Both the position numbers and the translations under genes were made by a program. Positions 56,673 through 63,984 of a stretch of 63,984 nt of DNA are shown in pieces. The first letter of the stretch is position 1. The number at the start of each line of letters is the position of its first letter. The DNA is from a virus. Lineage: Duplodnaviria; Caudoviricetes. The DNA lies in IMG/VR virus record IMGVR_UViG_3300035002_000032, positions 1-63,984 of that record, one strand, 5' to 3'. The notes under the pieces are model-generated. The model was not told the origin of the DNA. It saw only the letters and a program-made list of their open reading frames with translations, and made no database searches.

Positions 56673-57119
56673 ATGATCCTAGCCGCCTCCACATGGGCCG
56701 CCTACGTCATCCTGTTCGCTGCGCTAGCGCTCCTCTCGCATCGGGCAATAGCCGCAGCAGTGTTCGCGCTTGCTGTGTTCGCATCGTTGCCGGCCGCAGT
56801 CCTGCCGCTTGGCAACTGCGCGCCGTGGCTTCCAGCCGCTGGCAGCTACACAGTGCTCGGCGCGCGCATTGACGTGCCGGACGCATATAGTGCTGGTGCT
56901 ATCTACGCCATGCTGGATGACGGCAACGGGGAGCCTCAGTGTTACCGCCTGCCGTACTCCACGAGCCAGGCCAACGCGTTGCAGGGCGCAATGGACGGCG
57001 AGGGCGGCGTTGGCGCCAAGGTGGATGGCGAAGGTGGCGTCGCTTACGAGGGCGAGCCGCCCGTAACGGCGGACTCGGCTAAGCAGGCCGATAGGCCGCA
57101 ATTTCAGCTTGGAGGGTGA
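56673..57119 (+). CDS. Membrane protein (2 TM plus a soluble EPxxYRLPY domain)
   Basis: Hydrophobic N-terminus; AIYAML...EPQCYRLPYS. Confidence 0.7.
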   Translation: MILAASTWAAYVILFAALALLSHRAIAAAVFALAVFASLPAAVLPLGNCAPWLPAAGSYTVLGARIDVPDAYSAGAIYAMLDDGNGEPQCYRLPYSTSQANALQGAMDGEGGVGAKVDGEGGVAYEGEPPVTADSAKQADRPQFQLGG

Positions 57120-57352
57120 GGCCTATGGATAGGCACGTTGGTAATACGACAAAGCCTGAACTCTCGGCAGGAGATTGCTGGCTATCCGGCTTTGGTACTG
57201 GGCTCGTTCTTTCGGTGATAATCGCAGGGGTGATTGTGTGGTTCTTCGACCCTGGCAACGCGGAAGCCCTCTACGAATGCCGCAGGGCGCATGACGTTTT
57301 CGCGTGCGAGCTTATCGCCACGCCCGTCGTCGATCCAGGCAAGCCGGAGTAG
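57116..57352 (+). CDS. Small membrane protein
   Basis: One TM followed by CRRAHDVFAC. Confidence 0.5.
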   Translation: MRPMDRHVGNTTKPELSAGDCWLSGFGTGLVLSVIIAGVIVWFFDPGNAEALYECRRAHDVFACELIATPVVDPGKPE

Positions 57353-57513
57353 TAGGAAGCTATGATGAAAATCGCACTATTAGTTGCCGGATATGGTCTG
57401 TGTGCCGGGTCAGGCGCAATCATTATGGACCAGCCTCTGCTGGGCATCCCGCTGTTAATTTCCGGGCTGGCGCATGTTGTAGCCGGCAGCATCATAAACG
57501 CGGAATCCGCACA

Positions 57514-58782
57514 TTGACCCCACCCGTTTCAGACTACGATATTGCCCGCACCGTTGAAGTGCGCGCCCGCCACAAAGACAACGTTTCGGCCGCCGCAGAG
57601 CTTGGCGTGAACGAAAGCACGGTACGCCGCCGCATGGCAGTTGCTGCCGAGCGCGGAATGCTCTCATTGGATCCGGTCATGCCGGGTTTTGCCATCAAGA
57701 GCGTCGCCAGCAAGACGGTCGACGGCAAGTGGGTGAAGCAGGTCAAGGCGGCCGGCGATGTCCATGAAATCCCGGAGGGCTTCACGCTCAAGCGAGATTC
57801 GGCCTACACGGACGGCGAGGGACGCCGCATCGGCGGATGGCGTATCAGCGAGCCGTCCAAGGAACAGCAGCTTGCTGCAATGCGGGCGGTCGCGGACGCC
57901 TTGAAGGAGGAGTTGCCTCGTCTGCCCGCCTCTCCGGCGCCTGCGCACGTACGGGAAGACCTTCTCAACCAGTTCGTGATTACAGATAGCCACTTCGGGA
58001 TGCTTGCCTGGCATGAAGAGACCGGGGCGTCCTACGACCTGCGGATTGCCGAGCAACTGCTGCTTGACTGGTTTTCCGTGGCGATCGAGTTGGCGCCGCC
58101 CGCCCACACCGCCGTTTTCGCTCAGCTCGGCGACTTCATGCATCACGACGCGCTGGAATCCGTGACGCCCGCTCACAAGCACGTGCTCGATGCGGACAGC
58201 CGCCTGCAGAAGATTATCCGGGTGGTCATCCGCACCACGCGCCGCGTCATAGACATGCTCTTGCGCAAGCATCAGCACGTCCACATCGTCATGGCGGCCG
58301 GCAACCACGACCCGGCCTCGAGCGCATGGCTGCGTGAGATGCTGGCGGCCATGTACGAAAACGAACCGCGCATCACTGTCGATAACAGCCCGTCGCTGTA
58401 CTACGCCTACGAATGGGGCGGAACGATGCTGGCCTATCATCACGGTCACAAGCGTGGCGTGAAGGACGTTGACGCCGTTGTGGCGGCAATCTTCCGTGAG
58501 ATGTACGGCCGCAGCTCTACCGCGTACGTGCATGTCGGGCACCGCCACAGCGACGAAGGCAAGAAGACGCGCCTTATGTACGTTGAGCAGCACGAGACGC
58601 TTGCCGCCAAGGACGCGTTCAATGCTGGTGGCGGGTGGCCGGGCGGGCGCTCGGCAAAGGTAATCACCTATTCGAAGACCGGCGGCGAGGTTATCCGACT
58701 GACGCTTCGGCCGGAGATGGTCGCGGGCGCTGCCAAGTTGCAGTCCGCAAACGACAACAGCGAATGGAGGGCTGCGGCGTGA
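57514..58782 (+). CDS. Calcineurin-like metallophosphoesterase with N-terminal HTH
   Basis: DSH, GDFMH, GNHD, HGH, GHRH; likely TTG start; ends SANDNSEWRAAA. Confidence 0.85.
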   Translation: MTPPVSDYDIARTVEVRARHKDNVSAAAELGVNESTVRRRMAVAAERGMLSLDPVMPGFAIKSVASKTVDGKWVKQVKAAGDVHEIPEGFTLKRDSAYTDGEGRRIGGWRISEPSKEQQLAAMRAVADALKEELPRLPASPAPAHVREDLLNQFVITDSHFGMLAWHEETGASYDLRIAEQLLLDWFSVAIELAPPAHTAVFAQLGDFMHHDALESVTPAHKHVLDADSRLQKIIRVVIRTTRRVIDMLLRKHQHVHIVMAAGNHDPASSAWLREMLAAMYENEPRITVDNSPSLYYAYEWGGTMLAYHHGHKRGVKDVDAVVAAIFREMYGRSSTAYVHVGHRHSDEGKKTRLMYVEQHETLAAKDAFNAGGGWPGGRSAKVITYSKTGGEVIRLTLRPEMVAGAAKLQSANDNSEWRAAA

Positions 58783-59035
58783 GTGACGGGGACGCAAAGG
58801 AACTGCGCATTGAGGCAAAAGACAACCGGGCACTGGCGCAGTGCTATCGAGATCAAGCTGCAGATTGCATTAAAAAAGCCGAGGACAAAGAGCGCCGCGC
58901 CGCCAGGCTAGAGCGCGCCGCGGACGCGTCTGGATGCGCTTAGCCAATGACCCACATCGAAGCCATCGCGCTATGGCTGTTTGGCGCCCTCATTGTGCTT
59001 GGCATGTGCAACTGGATTTTTCAGGAGGTTTTGTG

Positions 59036-59980
59036 ATGCTGCTATACGACCCGCCAAGCGGCTGGCGCTTCGGATTCCCCAAGCCTTATCGTCCCATGGC
59101 GGACGAAGCTCTTGAGGACACGCTTGTCCGTGACGGCTACCCGAAAAGCAGCGCTGAGTTCGGCGCGAAGCACTGCCGGTTCATCGGCACCGCAGAAGGA
59201 GTTGCAGTAGGTGGCATGACCGCGCAAACCAAACAGTGGGACCGCGTTGCGCGCATGTACGTGGAGGGCTGTCCGGACGACACGCAGGCGGCCGAGACGT
59301 TTGGGGAGTTGCTGTGCAACTACGGCAGCGACTTGTGCGTCTGCCCGCCAGCCGCCAACGACAACATGCGCCAGGTTGCGGCACCCGCAACGGAGCGCAA
59401 CGGCAATGAGCGAGTCGGCCACTACATATCGACGCTGACCGGCAGGTTCTGGCCGTTCGACCCGCGACCTGAAGACGTCGACATCAACCACATTGCGCAC
59501 AGCCTAGCGATGTCGTGCCGGTACACTGGTGCGTGCCGTCGCTTCTATTCAACCGCAGAGCATTCGGTGCATATCGCGCAGTGGCTGACCGCGCGTGGCT
59601 TTCATCCGATCGTCGCTCTAGCCGGGCTTCTACACGACGCGCCAGAAACCCTATCTGGCTTCGGCGATACGGCGCGCCCGTCCAAGGTCAAAGCGCCAAT
59701 CATCAAGGAAACCGAGGAGCGCATTTGGGATTTGGCAGTTGCGCCAGCATTTGGCCTTGCTGATGGCGGACTGCCCATTGCCGTTCACGAGGCGGACAGC
59801 CGCATCATCGCCGACGAGATGCAGCAGAACATGCACGAGGTGGATCCAAACTACACCAACCCACTCGGCATCCAACTGAAGTACTGGTCTCCAGACGTCG
59901 CAGAACTGCACTTCCTCCACACGTTCAACCAACTGCAAGATGAGCGCGCGAGGGCTGAAAAGATGGGGGTAGCGGCGTGA
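59036..59980 (+). CDS. HD-domain phosphohydrolase (YfbR/YfdR-like) with N-terminal extension
   Basis: IAHSL..CRYTG, YSTAEHS, LLHDA.E, AD. Confidence 0.85.
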   Translation: MLLYDPPSGWRFGFPKPYRPMADEALEDTLVRDGYPKSSAEFGAKHCRFIGTAEGVAVGGMTAQTKQWDRVARMYVEGCPDDTQAAETFGELLCNYGSDLCVCPPAANDNMRQVAAPATERNGNERVGHYISTLTGRFWPFDPRPEDVDINHIAHSLAMSCRYTGACRRFYSTAEHSVHIAQWLTARGFHPIVALAGLLHDAPETLSGFGDTARPSKVKAPIIKETEERIWDLAVAPAFGLADGGLPIAVHEADSRIIADEMQQNMHEVDPNYTNPLGIQLKYWSPDVAELHFLHTFNQLQDERARAEKMGVAA

Positions 59981-60171
59981 AGATTATAACTGATAGCGAT
60001 ACGGTCGGTCTGGCGCATTTTTGCATGATGTTGCTTGCATCATATGAATTAGCCAACTCTGAAAGAGATATTACTGAAGACGAAATAGAGGAGTGGCTTA
60101 TCGATACGATTGATTCCCTTAAGGGCATCGTAGCAAACAAGCTTGGCCGCAAGTTGGACTTGTCAGCATGA
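59977..60171 (+). CDS. Small hypothetical protein (AT-richer)
   Basis: Coupled at both ends. Confidence 0.5.
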   Translation: MKIITDSDTVGLAHFCMMLLASYELANSERDITEDEIEEWLIDTIDSLKGIVANKLGRKLDLSA

Positions 60172-60548
60172 ACCAAGAATCCCGCCACGACCTATATCCC
60201 GGCGCGCAGGTCATCTGCGTGGACGACAAGGTGCCGCTTGAGAACGGCGCAACCGTCAAGGACGCCAACATCACGGAAGGCGAGACATATACCGTCAGGT
60301 GGGTGGGCATGGCCTCGCATTATGTGTTCGGCTCGTACTTGGGCGTCAAACTTGAGGGCATTGACAGCAAGTTCGGCGAAGCTTGGGGCCTGTCGGATGC
60401 GCCGTACGCAGCCAAGAGGTTTAGGCCGCTCGTGAAGGATCCCCTGGCTTGGGCGCGGCAGATCGCGGCTGATCCCAATGGTTACAAGGTGGGTGGTCCG
60501 GAAGGGCCGCTGCGCGAAGGTGCGCCGCGAAAGAGGGAGGAGGTTTGA
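60168..60548 (+). CDS. Hypothetical phage protein
   Basis: VICVDD...EGETYTVR...RFRPL pattern. Confidence 0.65.
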   Translation: MNQESRHDLYPGAQVICVDDKVPLENGATVKDANITEGETYTVRWVGMASHYVFGSYLGVKLEGIDSKFGEAWGLSDAPYAAKRFRPLVKDPLAWARQIAADPNGYKVGGPEGPLREGAPRKREEV

Positions 60549-60742
60549 TGACACCCAAGCAGAAATATGATGAGCGCAAACGGCTGCGTGCAGAGCGCCT
60601 GCTGCGCGAAGAGCCAGCGTGCCAAGGATGCAAGAAACCGCAACGACGACATGGAAGAGCGGATGAACCAGCTCATGATCGCGATCGAGCGGATTGCCGA
60701 TGTCGCGGAACTTTGGGCCGACAAACAGGTGGACGCAATCCA

Positions 60743-61168
60743 ATGACCGCCACCATCTACACACCTTGGGGAAACCAGTCAGTCGACCACCCGAACGAGG
60801 ACACGTTCATGCCCACGGCAACCGCACCGACCGCAACCGTTCCTGATTCCTTCTGTGACCGCGTACTCGGCCAGCCGGCGCCCGATGTCAAGGCGACGAT
60901 TGCCGACGAGGCCAAGCGCATTGTGACCGGCGCTCGCCGCTCCGCCTACGGCAAACCTGAAGACAATTTTGAACGCATTGCCCGCTTTTGGCAGGCATAC
61001 TTTGAAAACACTGGTCGCGATGTGGAAATCACAGCGGCTGACGTGTCGCCCCTGATGCGCCTGATGAAGGAGGCTCGTCTGTGCGAAACTCCCGACCACC
61101 GCGACAGTTTCGTTGACCTGGTGGGGTATACGCTTACCGGTGCCGAGATTAACGGCGTGGCGGCGTGA
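60743..61168 (+). CDS. DUF6378-like (all-alpha nucleotide pyrophosphohydrolase-like) protein
   Basis: GARRSAYG.PEDNFERIA..W...K.AR...DSFVDLVGY. Confidence 0.8.
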   Translation: MTATIYTPWGNQSVDHPNEDTFMPTATAPTATVPDSFCDRVLGQPAPDVKATIADEAKRIVTGARRSAYGKPEDNFERIARFWQAYFENTGRDVEITAADVSPLMRLMKEARLCETPDHRDSFVDLVGYTLTGAEINGVAA

Positions 61169-61377
61169 CCCCCGTCATCCACGCACAATCAGCTGTACCG
61201 GGCCGCGGTTCAATCTGCGGCAAGCGCGGCGCCGCAACGGCGCCCAAGCCAACCTGCCGGCGCTGCATTGGTCTGCTGGCCGGCATGAACACGCATAACG
61301 TGGCGAGGCGGGTGGTGTGGAGGGCGGGTAGCCCGAGGTTGCGGACGCTAACAAGAGGAATTTGAAACGTGACTGAG

Positions 61378-61800
61378 ATGATTCCAGACGACATCATGAG
61401 GCAGGCGAAGGCCTTGCTGTTTGACCTTGAGACGCTGGGTGTGGACGACCTAGAGGAAGAAGGATATTAACAAAGACATTTCTCTAATCGCCCACTCCAT
61501 CCTTGCCGAGCGCATAAAGCAAGCCGAATACGACGCCAAACTGCTTGAAGACTGGTTGCGCGTTGATGGCGAAATGCTCCCATCCGCAGTGCGCAGTTGG
61601 GGGAGCAAAATGGCAGCATACATTCGGAGCCCCGGAGCGAGAGATCAGAACGGGAGCAAGATGGTGGACGATGGCGTCAATCTCATTGGTGGAGGAATGC
61701 TCCTTACCAGCAAGGAGGGAAAGACAGCCGTTGCAGCGATGGACATAGCGTGGGCCATAAGCCAATTGGAGGCCATGCTAGGTGACCTACGCGCCTCGTG
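61378..61800 (+). pseudogene. Phage protein interrupted at about 61460 (3' end uncertain)
   Basis: IPDDIMRQA in one frame, IAHSILAER in the +1 frame. Confidence 0.45.
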
Positions 61801-61814
61801 GCGCCCTTTTCTTT

Positions 61815-62231
61815 TTATAACTCGCCCGCCGCCTTGGCCGCTTTGCTGGGCACCAGGTTGCCATTGGCGTCCCGTACACGGCGCCTGCGCTTCGGCGCAT
61901 CACCACTCGCAACCCGCGCCTGGCGCACGTCGTCAGCCCGCGGCGCTCGCAGGTAGGTTGCCGGGTTGAACTGGCCGTCAGCCCGCGTAAACGACTCCGT
62001 GACCTTGCCGGACAGGAATCCATTGTCATGCAGCCACTTCAAGCCGGTAACAACGGTCTCAACGTGCGTAGCGGCCTCGGCCACAACTGCAGCGCGGCGC
62101 TCTGCTTCTTCCTTCTCCGCCTTAGCGCGGATGGCCAACTGGATCTCATTTGCGCGCCGCTCGAGTTCCGCAACGCTTAGGTCAAGCAGCTCGGGCCGCA
62201 GCTTCTCAATGTCGGTAACAGGCATAGACAT
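61815..62231 (-). CDS. Putative H-NS-like coiled-coil protein with a basic C-terminus
   Basis: DLSVAELERRANEIQLAI..KAEKE N-terminus; KRRRR tail. Confidence 0.55.
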   Translation of the reverse strand: MSMPVTDIEKLRPELLDLSVAELERRANEIQLAIRAKAEKEEAERRAAVVAEAATHVETVVTGLKWLHDNGFLSGKVTESFTRADGQFNPATYLRAPRADDVRQARVASGDAPKRRRRVRDANGNLVPSKAAKAAGEL

Positions 62232-62296
62232 GAATATGGCTCCGTTTAATAGCGGAGCCATACCCTATCGCCGTAATGCTGTCTAGGCTGTGCCGC

Positions 62297-62599
62297 CTAT
62301 GTGGCGGTGGCCTCCGCCGTGCCAGGACACATACCCGTATTAAACAGCAAGCATGCGTCGCACGGTTCAGTGCCGGGCACGACGTTGCGCAGGCATTCCC
62401 CTAAGATAATCCGATCGCGTTGCGCGTCGGTGAACGCAAACGACCTTACGCCGTAGATTTCCGCGCCGCGCCTTGAGCGAACACGCATCATCACAAGGGA
62501 CGGGAGCGGCTGGTCCTTGTGGGTTACACACTGACCCTCTTTGAACGCCCAACCAGTGGCCGCTGTTACTACGGCCTCAGTACAACCCACCTCTTCCAT
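62297..62599 (-). CDS. Hypothetical protein
   Basis: FKEGQCVTHK SH3-like start and Cys-rich end. Confidence 0.5.
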   Translation of the reverse strand: MEEVGCTEAVVTAATGWAFKEGQCVTHKDQPLPSLVMMRVRSRRGAEIYGVRSFAFTDAQRDRIILGECLRNVVPGTEPCDACLLFNTGMCPGTAEATAT

Positions 62600-63041
62600 T
62601 TCGTTCTAACTATCTTCCTTGGCCTCGTGGCCATCGCGGGTGATCTTCGCGCTAAAAGCCTGCGCAAGTGGGACGACATGTGTGCTTGCACTCAGCGCTG
62701 CACTGGCGCCGAGCCGGGGGTTCGTAAGAGATCGCGAAGACCTCCCGATGGCTTTTAGCTTTCGCCTGGACATGGCGCACCGCCCCCGGCCGAAGCCAGG
62801 TTTGATGCGACGCCGCCAAGCGTCGGCATCCATTCAACGTGCCCGTATGTGCGTGCGTCCCTCTCACGCATGGGTACGTCTATTCGCGATCCGGGTTACG
62901 AAGCCCACGGCGACACTAGCGTAAGTGGTATACAACGCAAGGGTAAATCTGGTCCTACCAGTTATGTGACAAAAATGTGAACGGAAAATGTAGTACATTG
63001 TGGTGCCGTGCACGGAGGCGCAGCCTGTGGTAGGGTAAGCC

Positions 63042-63374
63042 ATGAGTTTCAGACTGCCCGAACTGACCTATCCGTTCGCCGTCGACACGATCGGCAAGAT
63101 GCTGGCGGCCGGCTTTGAAATGACGGTCCACTGCTACGCCACCGGCTGCAATCATCACGGCCGCGTCAACCTGGTGGCTTTGGGGCGACGTCTCGGCATG
63201 GACCACGGATGTCTCGACGCGGCTATCCGGAATGCGTTCTACTGCCCTCGATGTCGAGAGGCGGGACGTCGGGACAGGGACTTTGGATTTCGGGTGACGC
63301 CACCGACCGAGTTCTGCGACATCGCCGACCGAAACAAGCCGCTCAACAACTATATGCGCGCCAAGGGGATCTGA
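63042..63374 (+). CDS. Zn-binding hypothetical protein
   Basis: VHC..GCNH...YCPRC. Confidence 0.65.
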   Translation: MSFRLPELTYPFAVDTIGKMLAAGFEMTVHCYATGCNHHGRVNLVALGRRLGMDHGCLDAAIRNAFYCPRCREAGRRDRDFGFRVTPPTEFCDIADRNKPLNNYMRAKGI

Positions 63375-63984
63375 TGCCGGAAGTCGGAGCGGGATGGACC
63401 GGAACAGTCAACGTCGAGGTGACAGGCGCCGAAGGCGACGAAGGCTATCTGGTGGTGCGCATAAAAGGAGAGCGCACCGGAACGCCTGTCCAGGTGCGCG
63501 AGGAAGATGTGGTCGGATTACGCCCGCCGAAGATGGTGCGGCGGGATGTGCGGAGTTAGGCACAGTAGCCTAGTAACCAAGCCAAGCCAGTGCCGCGGCC
63601 CAACAGAAGCGATGACCAGCCACAGGCTTAGGCTACCTTGGCCGTAGTAGATACCCATTCCGACCAGTACGGCAGCAAAGCCGAGCATGGGCGAGAAAAG
63701 CGCGGCCTTATGTAGCAAGAGCACCAAACTAACCGCTACCGCGCCCTAGCGGGTTCCCATAAAATCCGGGAATGCCGATCCAAGCTTTCAACCTTTCCCG
63801 CCAGCGCTCAACCAAGAGCGCGATCACCGTCAACGGGCTTCTCACATGGCGCGCGCAGCGACTGCGCAACCTACGCCTAGAGCCTGACAGCCGCGACCAG
63901 CACCTAGCCGACATAGCCGCCATAGACCACGTGTTGGTCAACGTGATCGGCTTTACCGGCGATATAGAAGCCCTGTCGCGGGAT

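Larger units (their letters stand above)
1..63984. mobile_element. Temperate siphovirus-type prophage or phage, near full length
   Basis: Integrase, repressor, replication, packaging, head, tail and lysis modules all present; ends not defined. Confidence 0.9.

Noticed and set aside
4709-61168. Many proteins ending in -AA as independent evidence of ClpX degrons
   Set aside because: Most arise from GGAGGCGGC-ATGA/GTGA overlaps with the next gene's RBS and start, so AA ends alone are not counted; only the NDN motif is
62600-63000. Alphaproteobacterial LexA boxes (GTTC-N7-GTTC) near 62603 and 62975
   Set aside because: Only mismatched versions (GTTC-N7-CTTC, GAAC-N7-GTAG); too weak to call
63375-63984. 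attL/attR or terminal repeats
   Set aside because: The window starts at the integrase stop codon, and no repeat shared between the two ends or tRNA 3' fragment was seen

Overview
The window is essentially one ~64-kb temperate, GC-rich siphovirus-type (pro)phage. Gene content and style point to an alphaproteobacterial (Rhizobiales-like) host, which is an inference. From left to right it holds: a leftward early operon (Pnkp, RNA ligase, xis, tyrosine integrase); a CI/Cro switch; a rightward early recombination/replication region (AAA ATPase, DUF669-type SSB, nucleotidyltransferase, DnaN, exonuclease, sigma-like factor, helicase, two methyltransferases, primase, an iteron-bearing origin, DnaQ); six tRNA genes; HK97-type head and long-tail modules; a two-gene moron; lysis genes; and a third operator-controlled early operon at 53.3-61.9 kb. 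Standout observations: (1) about 14 unrelated proteins carry an in-frame (A/D)NDN peptide, several as C-terminal AANDN...AA copies of the alphaproteobacterial tmRNA (SsrA) degradation tag; (2) a repressor-controlled envelope module with a serine-protease lipoprotein, a MotA/TolQ/ExbB-like channel, an Asp-bearing single-TM partner and a third membrane protein; (3) a C5 methyltransferase apparently split over two nested reading frames; (4) a tRNA supply and repair kit; (5) two unexplained, highly structured intergenic regions. No att sites could be identified. All family assignments are by motif recognition, not database search.
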